Shown: positions 9,108 to 18,661, counted from the stretch's first letter. The stretch: DNA of 46,597 nucleotides from an uncultured Flavobacteriaceae bacterium (GCA_965530995.1 CBESOB010000001.1:1-46597), one strand, 5' to 3'. The notes: generated from the letters alone by a model not told the origin. Program-made: numbers and translations.

Positions 9108-10208
9108 ATGAAGAACCAGGAACTACTTTATACGCTCGCTTTACAGAATGTGGCTAAAATAGGAGATATCACTGCCAAGAAACTTATTGCACATTGTGGT
9201 TCTTCTGAAGCTGTCTTGAAAGAGAAAAAGCAGAATCTCATGAAATTGGATGGTGTTGGAGGTTTAGTGATCAGTGACCTATTTGAAAAACGACACCTTA
9301 TTGAAGCGGAGGAAGAATTGAAATTTATCAGGGAGCATGACATTGTTTGCCATTATTTTGCTGATGAGGGTTATCCGGAGCGATTAAAGCACTGCGTTGA
9401 CGGTCCGATCCTGTTATTCCAAACCGGGAATATTAATTTAAAAGAACAGCGTATCATCAGCATTGTGGGCGCACGCAAGATCACAACGCACGGCATTGCG
9501 GTTTGCGAGAACTTGGTTGAAGCTTTATCTCCTTTTAACCCTATAATCGTATCTGGTTTTGCGTATGGCACCGATATCACCGCTCAGAAGGCCGCCTTAA
9601 AACATAATCTACAGACTATTGGCTGTTTGGCTCATGGTCTGAACCAGATCTACCCTAAAGTACATAAGAAGTATGTGGTGCAAGTGGAAAAGCATGGTGG
9701 CTTTTTCACGGACTTTTGGAGTGGAGCTCCCTTTGACAGAAACAATTTCTTGAAACGCAATCGTATTATCGCTGGACTAAGTGAAGCGACCATTGTCATA
9801 GAATCTGCCGAAAAAGGCGGTAGTCTGGTCACAGCAGATATTGCGAACTCCTATAACCGAGAGGTATTTGCATTACCAGGACGAACAACGGACAGCCAAA
9901 GCGAAGGCTGTAATAACTTGATAAAGCACCAAAGAGCGCATCTACTCTCCAAACCTGAAGATGTGCCTTATATCTTGAATTGGGACGTTGATACCAAAGC
10001 AAAACCGATACAAAAAAAGCTGTTCGTAGAGTTGGATAGGGATGAAAAAGTGATTTATAATTTCCTAAAGGAGAATGGCAAGGAGCAGTTGGACCTTATT
10101 GCCCTGCGTTGCCAAATGCCAACCTTTCGTGTGGCCAGGATTTTACTTAATATGGAACTCAAAGGGGTAATCAGGCCTTTGCCTGGGAAGCAGTTCGAGG
10201 TTATTTAG
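9108..10208 (+). CDS. dprA: DNA-processing protein DprA
   Basis: 366 aa with a Rossmann core: IVGARKITTHG...IVSGFAYGTDITAQKAAL...ESAEKGGSLVTADIANSYNREVFALPG. Confidence 0.9.
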   Translation: MKNQELLYTLALQNVAKIGDITAKKLIAHCGSSEAVLKEKKQNLMKLDGVGGLVISDLFEKRHLIEAEEELKFIREHDIVCHYFADEGYPERLKHCVDGPILLFQTGNINLKEQRIISIVGARKITTHGIAVCENLVEALSPFNPIIVSGFAYGTDITAQKAALKHNLQTIGCLAHGLNQIYPKVHKKYVVQVEKHGGFFTDFWSGAPFDRNNFLKRNRIIAGLSEATIVIESAEKGGSLVTADIANSYNREVFALPGRTTDSQSEGCNNLIKHQRAHLLSKPEDVPYILNWDVDTKAKPIQKKLFVELDRDEKVIYNFLKENGKEQLDLIALRCQMPTFRVARILLNMELKGVIRPLPGKQFEVI

Positions 10209-10356
10209 ATTTTTTATAAGCATTAATATAGCTTCCAATTGATAGTAGGACAATAATTAAAGCAGCAATGGCGAAAAAATCAAAATCAGGCCTTGATACT
10301 ATAATTAGAATCATAGCTGCTGTATATAGCAATGGACTTATATACTGTTTATTCAT
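10201..10356 (-). CDS. Possible 51-aa two-helix membrane peptide
   Basis: The ATG at 10356 lies 1 nt after the trpS stop (10358-10360). Product MNKQYISPLLYTAAMILIIVSRPDFDFFAIAALIIVLLSIGSYINAYKKSK has two hydrophobic helices. Its 3' end overlaps the dprA 3' end by 8 nt. Confidence 0.4.
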   Translation of the reverse strand: MNKQYISPLLYTAAMILIIVSRPDFDFFAIAALIIVLLSIGSYINAYKKSK

Positions 10357-10357
10357 T

Positions 10358-11326
10358 TTAATACCCAACCTTCTCTCTAACACGTTTGAGCACATCATCG
10401 GCCACTAGCTTAGCTTTCTCAGCACCAATGGCTAAGGCTGCATCCACTTCGTTCAGGTTGGCCATATAATGGTCATAGCGCTCACGTTCCGTTGAGAATT
10501 TATCAAGGATCAGCTTGTAAAGAGCTTGTTTGGCATGCCCGTAGCCATAACCACCTTTTTCGTAATTATCTTTCATCTCATTTATTTGAGAAGAGGTTGC
10601 CAACAGGCTATAAATAGAAAAACAATTGCAGGTAGTCCAATCTTTTGGGTCTTCTAATGACGTGCTATCCGTTTCAATGGACATGATCTGCTTGCGAAGT
10701 TTTTTTTCAGGTAGGAAGACATCAATAATATTGCCTTTGCTTTTACTCATCTTTTCGCCATCAGTACCTGGAATGAGCATGGTCTCTTTTTGTACATCAG
10801 CTTCAGGCAAGACAAAAGTCTCTCCCATTTGCGCATGAAAACGTGATGCGACATCTCGCGTCATCTCGATATGCTGTAATTGGTCTTTCCCAACAGGGAT
10901 AATATGTGCATCATATAACAAGATATCTGCAGCCATAAGCATAGGGTATGAGAACAAACCTGCATTGACATCTTCCAAGCGGTCTGCTTTATCCTTGAAA
11001 CTATGTGCCAAGGTCAAACGCTGGTAAGGAAAGAAACAACTTAAATACCAAGACAATTCTGTTACTTGTGGGACATCACTTTGCCTATAAAACACGGTTT
11101 TTTCGATATCCAACCCGAAAGCTAACCAAGCTGCGGCGGTTGAGTAAGTGTTTTGTTTTAAGGTTTCAGAATCCTTTATCTGTGTGAGTGAATGCATGTC
11201 GGCAATGAACAAATAAGACTCATTTTTTGAGTCACCCGACATGCTTATGGCTGGCATAATGGCCCCTAAGATATTGCCTAGATGGGGTGTTCCTGTACTC
11301 TGTATTCCTGTAAGTATTCTTGCCAT
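10358..11326 (-). CDS. trpS: Tryptophan--tRNA ligase
   Basis: HIGH-type motif TGTPHLGN and KMSKS are present. The start is taken at MARILTGIQ (11326) rather than the extended ORF start at 11377. Confidence 0.95.
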   Translation of the reverse strand: MARILTGIQSTGTPHLGNILGAIMPAISMSGDSKNESYLFIADMHSLTQIKDSETLKQNTYSTAAAWLAFGLDIEKTVFYRQSDVPQVTELSWYLSCFFPYQRLTLAHSFKDKADRLEDVNAGLFSYPMLMAADILLYDAHIIPVGKDQLQHIEMTRDVASRFHAQMGETFVLPEADVQKETMLIPGTDGEKMSKSKGNIIDVFLPEKKLRKQIMSIETDSTSLEDPKDWTTCNCFSIYSLLATSSQINEMKDNYEKGGYGYGHAKQALYKLILDKFSTERERYDHYMANLNEVDAALAIGAEKAKLVADDVLKRVREKVGY

Positions 11327-11374
11327 AACATTCCCCACAATAGTAGGGATCTTATTAATTATTAAACGAAAACA

Positions 11375-11382
11375 CAAAGGTA
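11375..11382 (-). promoter_or_regulatory. Candidate -7 box TACCTTTG for trpS
   Basis: caaaggta on the plus strand is TAnnTTTG on the minus strand, about 49 nt upstream of the trpS ATG. Confidence 0.35.
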
Positions 11383-11445
11383 CTTTTTTTATGTAAAATG
11401 AGTATTTAATTAAAGCTTTGATATTTTTACTTAGTTTTGGGGCGC

Positions 11446-12195
11446 ATGATCGTATTCAAGTATATATTCTGGACATTGTATCGTATTTGGTTCTATGTCC
11501 TCATAGCACTTCCGATACTAATACTTTTCCCGATTCTTTTACTTTCCATTTCTAGAGAACAGTGGTATCCTTATTTTTTTAAGATAGCGCGTTTCTGGGC
11601 GAAATTCATTTTAATAGGAATGGGCTTTAATTACCGCATCTTACGAGAGCAAACCCCCGAAAAAGACAAGAGTTATATGTTCGTAGCCAATCATACATCG
11701 ATGGCAGATATCATGCTTATGCTAACCACCGTAAAGAATCCGTTCGTATTTGTTGGAAAGAAAGAGTTGGCAAAAATACCTTTGTTTGGGTTTTTCTATA
11801 AACGCACTTGCATCTTAGTAGACAGAAGCAGCCTGGAGAGCCGTAAAGCGGTATTCTTGAGAGCGCAACGGCTATTGAAATCAGGATTGAGCATTTGTAT
11901 CTTTCCCGAAGGAGGTGTGCATGAAGACGAATCCGTGGTTCTGGATAGTTTTAAGGACGGCGCTTTCAGATTGGCGATCAATCATCAAATACCCATTGTG
12001 CCAATAACGTTTTTAGATAACAAGAAACGCTGGTCTTATACATTTTTTAGTGGTAGCCCAGGTAAAATGAGGGCAATAATTCATCCGTTCATACCAACAG
12101 TGGGTTTGACCACTGAAGATACTAGAGGACTTAACGATCAGGCAAGATCCTTGATCTTGGCCGAATTGGAAAAATCACGAATTGACCAAAAATAA
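11446..12195 (+). CDS. plsC: 1-acyl-sn-glycerol-3-phosphate acyltransferase
   Basis: Acyltransferase motifs NHTSMADI (HxxxxD) and FPEGG, with an N-terminal TM helix. The ATG at 11446 is preferred over TTG at 11437. A TAGTTTTG box lies at 11432-11439. Confidence 0.85.
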   Translation: MIVFKYIFWTLYRIWFYVLIALPILILFPILLLSISREQWYPYFFKIARFWAKFILIGMGFNYRILREQTPEKDKSYMFVANHTSMADIMLMLTTVKNPFVFVGKKELAKIPLFGFFYKRTCILVDRSSLESRKAVFLRAQRLLKSGLSICIFPEGGVHEDESVVLDSFKDGAFRLAINHQIPIVPITFLDNKKRWSYTFFSGSPGKMRAIIHPFIPTVGLTTEDTRGLNDQARSLILAELEKSRIDQK

Positions 12196-12196
12196 A

Positions 12197-12220
12197 AAGC
12201 TGCCCTCCACAGAGCAGCTT
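12197..12220 (-). terminator. Intrinsic terminator between convergent genes
   Basis: Stem aagctgc/gcagctt (7 bp, 10-nt loop). On the minus strand it is followed by ttttatttttgg, so it is stronger for the 12278-13936 gene. Confidence 0.6.
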
Positions 12221-12277
12221 CTCGTTCATCATTGCTTCCTTGTATAAGGTTACAATAATCATCTAACCAACTAAAAC

Positions 12278-13936
12278 CTAAAACTTAATTTTTAATCCTG
12301 TGTTCAGGCCTAGGATATAAGGCTTGAAATCTCCAGAAGTATTGTTGAATGCATTGATTTGGTATTTGAAATTAGGCTCAAAATTAAGATTGATCTTTTC
12401 TGAGATCTTAACGCCCAAACCAACTCCAAAATTGGCGCTGTAGCTGACACTATTAATATTATTAGCTTCTCCTAGAAGCGTGCGCTCGTTATCAAAATCT
12501 GCGTAAACGTTGTTCTCAGTTAAAAATAATGTACTGAATCCACCAATCAGGCTAACATCTAATTTCTTATCAGAAATCTTATATTCCATTTCTAAAGGCA
12601 CCTCAATAAATGTAATTTCTTGATCCAAGGACGATTGCAAGTTCTCTGCAACAACAGAAGGCACTTGGCCAAATGCTAAACTTTCGCCACTAAAAATCGT
12701 GATGCCCCGAACCTCTTCTTTTAAGTCAATGTTCTGAAGCACGCGACTATTTGAAGCCAACGGAGAAGAGGTGTCCGGTGTTCCTAGACTCTGGTAAATG
12801 ATTACGTCATTGGTATTGTATCCAAGATCTATCTTATTCACTCCTGAGCGAATACTCAACCTATCTGTAATGGCATATCCAGCTTTAACACCATAAGACA
12901 TATTAAGCTGACCACTTTTAGAATTGTTGTTGAATTGTTCATTGATAGAAGATCCTTTGCCTAAAGTATTGTAATAAACAGGCGAAACATTTGGTGTAAC
13001 GCTCCACCTGTCGATTACTTCTTTTTCTTTTTCATCGTAATCTTCTCCATCTTCAGAGGAGGCCAATGCTTCTTCAATTGAAGGGCTGGTTTCTTCTGTG
13101 ATTTTGTTAGTGTCTTCTTTTTCTTTAAGTTCTTCTTCTGATGAAATATCGGTCACTGCAAAACCTTCAGTAATTGATGGGTTTGAGGTAACTTCCTTTA
13201 TGTCACCAGCATTTTTTTCTTTCTCTACGGGTTGTTCAGGAAGATTTTGCGGACTAGTATTAATCGTAATGGCATTTGAGAGTTGAGACCCTTCAGAATC
13301 TTCAGGACTTTTATTTTCAGTCCTTGGTTGTGCTTGTTGTACAACACCTGTATTTGTTGAATTATTATTTACTTTGAGTTTGCTGGCTATGCTGTTTGGC
13401 TCAGGGACATTGTTGCTTTTATTTAACTGTATGGTATTCGCAATACCATCTTCTTTGGAAGCAGTTGCATTCTTATCGTCGGTGTTCGATACCATTTCAA
13501 GGTCATTTAATAGGTCGCCTTTTTCAGATGCTTTTTCTGGCGATGTTGCTATATGATTCTGCGGCACCAAATTATTGTTCAGGCTATCATCAGCGGCATC
13601 ATCAATGCCAATGTTATCTGCGTTAGTTGCTTTCTTGTTTTGGGCATTATCATCTGTCGATTCTCCTTCAGTGGCAGTATTGGTATCAACTATATCGGTA
13701 GGAATCTCCACAGGGCTTGTTGTCGAATTATTGATAACAGCGTATCCAATGGCAATGAGTAACAACAATCCTGCTGCTATGCTACCTATTCTCCACCATA
13801 CAGGAATCGCTTTTGGTCGTCCACCCTCTTCACCTAGTTGGGTACTGATTCGTTCCCAAACAGCATCGTTCGGAGTCGCTTCAAAATTCTTGAGCTTTTC
13901 CTGAAATAGCCTGTCTATGTGTTTCTTGTCTTTCAT
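12278..13936 (-). CDS. Membrane-anchored protein with low-complexity linker and C-terminal outer-membrane beta-barrel-like domain, in the anti-sigma position
   Basis: 552 aa, starting 1 nt after the ECF sigma stop. It has a TM helix WWRIGSIAAGLLLLIAIGYAVI, about 260 aa of D/E/N/S/T-rich linker, then alternating-hydrophobic strands ending GLNTGLKIKF. Confidence 0.7.
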   Translation of the reverse strand: MKDKKHIDRLFQEKLKNFEATPNDAVWERISTQLGEEGGRPKAIPVWWRIGSIAAGLLLLIAIGYAVINNSTTSPVEIPTDIVDTNTATEGESTDDNAQNKKATNADNIGIDDAADDSLNNNLVPQNHIATSPEKASEKGDLLNDLEMVSNTDDKNATASKEDGIANTIQLNKSNNVPEPNSIASKLKVNNNSTNTGVVQQAQPRTENKSPEDSEGSQLSNAITINTSPQNLPEQPVEKEKNAGDIKEVTSNPSITEGFAVTDISSEEELKEKEDTNKITEETSPSIEEALASSEDGEDYDEKEKEVIDRWSVTPNVSPVYYNTLGKGSSINEQFNNNSKSGQLNMSYGVKAGYAITDRLSIRSGVNKIDLGYNTNDVIIYQSLGTPDTSSPLASNSRVLQNIDLKEEVRGITIFSGESLAFGQVPSVVAENLQSSLDQEITFIEVPLEMEYKISDKKLDVSLIGGFSTLFLTENNVYADFDNERTLLGEANNINSVSYSANFGVGLGVKISEKINLNFEPNFKYQINAFNNTSGDFKPYILGLNTGLKIKF

Positions 13937-13937
13937 T

Positions 13938-14480
13938 CTATAATATCAGCGAATTGTAATTCGCTTTATGTTTTACTATTTTTTCTTTCAATATCATTCT
14001 GGCTCTTGCCAGATTCGATTTGGACGTTCCTACCGAAATATTCAACATCCCTGCAATCTCCTTATGAGAGTAATCGTCCAACGCATACAAGTTGAAGACT
14101 AATCGATACCTATTCGGAAGACCTTGTATAAGACCTAACAAATAATCTATGTCTATGTTGTCTTCTTCAACCTCGACAACTACATCTTCAATCCGTTCTT
14201 CATTAATGATTTGATAAACCCCTTGACTGCGATATCTCTGTAAAGCGGTATTTATCGTTACTCTTTTAATCCAACCCTCAAAAGAACCTTTGTTTTCAAA
14301 CTGATTAATTTTTTTGAAAACTGTAATGAATGCATCCTGCAAAACATCTTCTGCTTCCGCATGGCTTTTCGAATACTTTAAGCATAGCGAAAATAATGTG
14401 CCCGAAAAGAGCTTATATAATTGGCTTTGTGCTTTAGCATCGTTTTTCTTACAATTTATTATGAGTTGTTCTAAACTCAA
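13938..14480 (-). CDS. RNA polymerase ECF-type sigma-70 factor
   Basis: Region 2 (EDVLQDAFITVFKKINQF...FEGWIKRVTINTAL) and region 4 HTH (LDDYSHKEIAGMLNISVGTSKSNLARAR). The only possible start is TTG at 14480. Confidence 0.9.
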   Translation of the reverse strand: MSLEQLIINCKKNDAKAQSQLYKLFSGTLFSLCLKYSKSHAEAEDVLQDAFITVFKKINQFENKGSFEGWIKRVTINTALQRYRSQGVYQIINEERIEDVVVEVEEDNIDIDYLLGLIQGLPNRYRLVFNLYALDDYSHKEIAGMLNISVGTSKSNLARARMILKEKIVKHKANYNSLIL

Positions 14481-14509
14481 ATTTTCAATGTATTAGTTTG
14501 TCAAAATCA

Positions 14510-14929
14510 TTAATTTACTGGTACTTCGATTTCAAGATATAAATCCTGATTATTACTATCTGTGCCTTGCCAGAACCTAAAATGATAAGTACTATTTGTA
14601 TTAACGACAAAATTAAAAGTCCGAGTTATAACTTCTAATTCTAGATCCTCACAAGGAGATGTGCTCTCTGGATACACGGTGTTGATAAGAAGAATGGTTC
14701 TATAATCCAATTCTATCCTATAATACAGGTCGTTAAAGACATGACAGGTCGTCGGCCTATAATACGTGTATTCAATTTCATAGGTCTGCCCTAATTCAAA
14801 TTCAGCAGGCATATCAACGGTTGCGATAGGTACAAATTCAGTAAAAAAACCATCATTTATCTTGTCACTTTCGACACTACAAGAGCCCAAAAGAAGCATT
14901 ATAAAACCAGCAAATAAGATTTTCCTCAT
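14510..14929 (-). CDS. Hypothetical lipoprotein
   Basis: MRKILFAGFIMLLLGSCS lipobox-like signal. No family recognised. First gene of the sigma operon. Confidence 0.6.
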   Translation of the reverse strand: MRKILFAGFIMLLLGSCSVESDKINDGFFTEFVPIATVDMPAEFELGQTYEIEYTYYRPTTCHVFNDLYYRIELDYRTILLINTVYPESTSPCEDLELEVITRTFNFVVNTNSTYHFRFWQGTDSNNQDLYLEIEVPVN

Positions 14930-14998
14930 TTTATTCGGGGTAATACATTTTTACTATAGATGCGGAAGTTATCAAAAGGTTGCGTGTAAAAACAAAGA

Positions 14999-15020
14999 AT
15001 CCCGAGATATTACTCGGGAT
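14999..15020 (-). terminator. recA intrinsic terminator
   Basis: Stem atcccgag/ctcgggat (8 bp, 6-nt loop), 12 nt after the recA stop. On the minus strand it is followed by tctttgttttt. Confidence 0.7.
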
Positions 15021-15031
15021 CCTTAAGTTTT

Positions 15032-16030
15032 TTATTCCGAGATAATCACTCGAATCTTCTGTTCTAGCTCATCCATGAGGTCAGGATTGTCTTTTATAAG
15101 CTCTTTAACAGCGTCTCGTCCTTGCCCTAGTTTTGTGTCCTGATAGCTAAACCAGGAGCCACTTTTCTTTACGATTTCGTGTTCAACGGCAATATCCAGA
15201 ATCTCCCCGACTTTAGAGACACCTTCTCCATACATAATATCGAATTCAGCCATCCTGAATGGTGGAGCCACTTTGTTCTTAACCACCTTGACGCGTGTCT
15301 TGTTACCAAGCACTTTTCCATCACTATCTTTTATTTGGGTGGAGCGTCGAATATCTAATCTTACGGAAGCATAGAATTTCAAGGCATTACCACCAGTAGT
15401 TGTTTCTGGATTACCGAACATGACACCAATTTTCTCTCGTAATTGGTTAATGAAGATAACGGTACAATTCGTTTTGCTGATAGATGCAGTCAATTTTCTT
15501 AGCGCTTGTGACATCAAGCGTGCATGTAAGCCCATTTTAGAATCACCCATTTCACCCTCTATTTCACTTTTAGGCGTTAAGGCAGCAACGGAGTCAATAA
15601 CGACAATATCAATAGCGCCAGAGCGTATTAGATTATCTGTTATTTCTAAGGCTTGTTCACCATTATCCGGTTGTGAAATGATGAGGTTATCTATATCTAT
15701 ACCCAAATTCTCAGCGTAAAAACGGTCAAAAGCGTGTTCTGCATCAATAAAAGCTGCAATACCACCAGCTTTTTGAGCTTCAGCAATAGCATGGAGCGTT
15801 AAGGTGGTTTTACCAGACGATTCTGGGCCATAAATTTCAACCACACGCCCTCTAGGATATCCCCCAACTCCCAAAGCAATATCTAGCCCCAAAGAACCAG
15901 AAGGAATTGCATCTACATCTTCAATGGCTTGATCACTCATTTTCATGACGGTTCCCTTACCGTATGCTTTGTCCAGTTTGTCTAAAGTCAGCTTTAAAGC
16001 CTTTAGTTTCGCTTCTTTTTCAGTACTCAT
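15032..16030 (-). CDS. recA: Recombinase RecA
   Basis: Walker [10 protein letters not shown], plus [14 protein letters not shown] and other RecA signatures over the full length. Confidence 0.98.
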   Translation of the reverse strand: MSTEKEAKLKALKLTLDKLDKAYGKGTVMKMSDQAIEDVDAIPSGSLGLDIALGVGGYPRGRVVEIYGPESSGKTTLTLHAIAEAQKAGGIAAFIDAEHAFDRFYAENLGIDIDNLIISQPDNGEQALEITDNLIRSGAIDIVVIDSVAALTPKSEIEGEMGDSKMGLHARLMSQALRKLTASISKTNCTVIFINQLREKIGVMFGNPETTTGGNALKFYASVRLDIRRSTQIKDSDGKVLGNKTRVKVVKNKVAPPFRMAEFDIMYGEGVSKVGEILDIAVEHEIVKKSGSWFSYQDTKLGQGRDAVKELIKDNPDLMDELEQKIRVIISE

Positions 16031-16136
16031 TTACTATTTATTTTCAATTATAGGATAGCTGCTAAAATACTATTTCTTTTGGCAGGATACAACAGAAGTT
16101 CAATCGTGTTTTGAACAATTTTTGAGATGGAATGCC

Positions 16137-16144
16137 TACCTTTG
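16137..16144 (+). promoter_or_regulatory. Candidate -7 box TACCTTTG, plus strand
   Basis: Exact TAnnTTTG match with a TTG at 16111-16113 (23-nt spacer). It would give a leader of roughly 190 nt to trhO. Confidence 0.35.
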
Positions 16145-16340
16145 CAGTTCAAACTATTTTTAACATTTAATACCAGTTATTATTTGTAAATACTGTAAAA
16201 GAAAGGAATGATTTTTTTTCTTTTTACGAGACAGAAAAATTAAACTTAGCCATAGTTACGGTTCATTTTTATGTTGAAGTAGAAAGTGAAAAAGGGCGTT
16301 TTGTTGCGGTGATTACAAATGATGTAAACATTAGTATAGC

Positions 16341-17381
16341 ATGCAACTGTACAATAAACTAAGTGCTAAAGAAAGGGCTGAATTAATTCAAGAAGCGGGT
16401 AAAGACCGGCTAACACTTTCTTTTTATAAGTACGCCAAAATTGGCAACCCTCGTATATTTAGGAATCATCTTTTCATCAATTGGGACCAAATGGAAGTCC
16501 TTGGCAGGATTTATGTCGCACTTGAAGGTATTAATGGACAATTGTCTCTTCCGGCAGACAGGTTCGATGAATTCAAGAATCATTTAGACAGTATCACATT
16601 TCTGGAAAATGTCCGATTGAACATTGCCATTGAGCATGATAATATGGCATTCTTGAAGTTGAAGGTAAAGATCAGGAATAAAATCGTGGCCGATGGATTG
16701 AATGACCATACGTTTGATGTTACCAATAAAGGAATTCATGTCAATGCGAAGACTTTCAACGATTTGATCGATGATGAAGATACCATTTTAGTGGATATGC
16801 GCAATCATTACGAAAGTGAAATCGGCCATTTCAAGGGTGCCATGACGCCCGACGTTGATACCTTCAGGGATTCATTGCCAATCATAGAAGAAGATATCAA
16901 GGCCCATAAAGAAGAAAAAAAGCTAGTGATGTATTGTACGGGTGGTATCCGTTGCGAAAAGGCGAGTGCTTATTTCAAACATAAAGGGTTCAAGAATGTT
17001 TACCAACTTGAAGGGGGTATCATTGAATATACACGACAAGTGAACAATAAGAATCTTGAGAACAAATTCGTCGGTAAGAATTTTGTTTTCGACGAACGTC
17101 GTGGCGAGCGCATCAGCGAAGATATCATTGCAAATTGCCATCAATGTGGACAACCTTGTGACACTCATGTTAACTGCGCCAATCAGGGGTGTCATTTACT
17201 GTTCATTCAATGCGAAAATTGTAAAACGAAGATGAATAATTGCTGTTCTACAAAATGTAAGGAAGTACACAATCTACCATATGAAGAACAAAAAGCGTTA
17301 AGAAAAGGGCATGGTAATAGTAATGATATTTTCAAGAAAGGCAGGTCCGAAGTGCTAAAATACAAGAAAGACCTTAAGTAG
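16341..17381 (+). CDS. trhO: Rhodanese-domain tRNA uridine(34) hydroxylase (UPF0176/YceA family)
   Basis: Rhodanese active-site loop YCTGGIRCEKAS and a Cys-rich C-terminal extension CHQCGQPCDTHVNCANQGCH. Confidence 0.85.
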   Translation: MQLYNKLSAKERAELIQEAGKDRLTLSFYKYAKIGNPRIFRNHLFINWDQMEVLGRIYVALEGINGQLSLPADRFDEFKNHLDSITFLENVRLNIAIEHDNMAFLKLKVKIRNKIVADGLNDHTFDVTNKGIHVNAKTFNDLIDDEDTILVDMRNHYESEIGHFKGAMTPDVDTFRDSLPIIEEDIKAHKEEKKLVMYCTGGIRCEKASAYFKHKGFKNVYQLEGGIIEYTRQVNNKNLENKFVGKNFVFDERRGERISEDIIANCHQCGQPCDTHVNCANQGCHLLFIQCENCKTKMNNCCSTKCKEVHNLPYEEQKALRKGHGNSNDIFKKGRSEVLKYKKDLK

Positions 17382-17479
17382 TTTTCAAAGAGATAAAAAT
17401 AGTATATTTACGTTTTGAACTAAATACTAACTTTCTTCTGACAAATGCTTAGCATTATCAGAATCAATATAAAGACCCA

Positions 17480-18661
17480 ATGGCGTGTAACAGTTGCTCA
17501 ACTGGTAAAGACGGTCAACCTCGTGGATGTAAGAGTAATGGAACCTGCGGAACGGATAGTTGCAATAAACTAACTGTTTTCGACTGGCTGTCCAATATGT
17601 CATTGCCAACTGGCGAAAAGCCTTTTCATTATGTTGAGGTTCGATTCAAGAATGGCAGAAAGGACTATTACACAAATACAGAAGGACTGACTTTAAGTAT
17701 TGGTGATATTGTGGCAACCCAAGCCCAATCCGGTCATGATGTTGGTATGGTTACACTCACCGGTGAATTAGTGAGAGTCCAAATGAAACGGAAGAAAGTA
17801 GTGGTTGATGGTGATGAATCACTAAAGATCTATCGCAAAGCGTCCCAAAAAGACATTGATATTTGGCAGAAAGCAAGAGATAAAGAAGAGCCAATGAAGG
17901 TGAAGGCGCGTCAATATGCCATCGATCTGAGATTGCAAATGAAGATATCGGACATCGAGTTTCAAGGTGATGGTAGCAAGTCCACATTTTATTACACCGC
18001 AGAAGAACGTGTAGATTTCAGGGAACTCATCAAGGTGTTTGCAAGAGAATTCAGGACACGTATTGAAATGAAACAAGTCGGTTTCCGTCAGGAAGCATCA
18101 CGATTGGGAGGAATTGGTTCTTGTGGACGAGAATTATGCTGCTCCACATGGTTAACAGACTTTAGATCTGTGAGTACATCGGCAGCCCGTTATCAGCAAT
18201 TATCATTGAATCCACAAAAATTGGCAGGACAGTGTGGTAAATTGAAATGTTGTTTGAACTATGAGCTCGATGCTTATATGGATGCCTTGAAAGATTTCCC
18301 AAAATCAGATACAAAGTTATACACAGAGAAAGGAACAGCCGTTTGTCAGAAAACAGACATTTTCAAAGGACATATGTGGTTCGCCTATGAAGGTGAATGG
18401 ATGAATTGGCATATACTTACCACAGCACAAGCTAATGAGATCATTGCCTTTAACAAACAAAAGAAGAAAGTGGCAAGCCTTGAAGAATACGCTGCTGAGC
18501 TAATTGAGGATACTAAAGTCGAGTTCGAGAACGTTGTAGGTCAAGACAGTCTTACGCGTTTTGATAGGCCAAAAAGCCATAATAAACGTAGATCTAATAA
18601 GAACAGGAACAAGAATAGGAATAGGAATAGACGAAAACCCCAGAATAATGCTAAGTCGTAG
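17480..18661 (+). CDS. ricT: PSP1 domain protein (RicT/YaaT-like)
   Basis: N-terminal Cys cluster MACNSCSTGKDGQPRGCKSNGTCGTDSC. PSP1 core GSCGRELCCSTWLTDF...GQCGKLKCCLNYE. Basic N/K/R-rich tail. Confidence 0.85.
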   Translation: MACNSCSTGKDGQPRGCKSNGTCGTDSCNKLTVFDWLSNMSLPTGEKPFHYVEVRFKNGRKDYYTNTEGLTLSIGDIVATQAQSGHDVGMVTLTGELVRVQMKRKKVVVDGDESLKIYRKASQKDIDIWQKARDKEEPMKVKARQYAIDLRLQMKISDIEFQGDGSKSTFYYTAEERVDFRELIKVFAREFRTRIEMKQVGFRQEASRLGGIGSCGRELCCSTWLTDFRSVSTSAARYQQLSLNPQKLAGQCGKLKCCLNYELDAYMDALKDFPKSDTKLYTEKGTAVCQKTDIFKGHMWFAYEGEWMNWHILTTAQANEIIAFNKQKKKVASLEEYAAELIEDTKVEFENVVGQDSLTRFDRPKSHNKRRSNKNRNKNRNRNRRKPQNNAKS

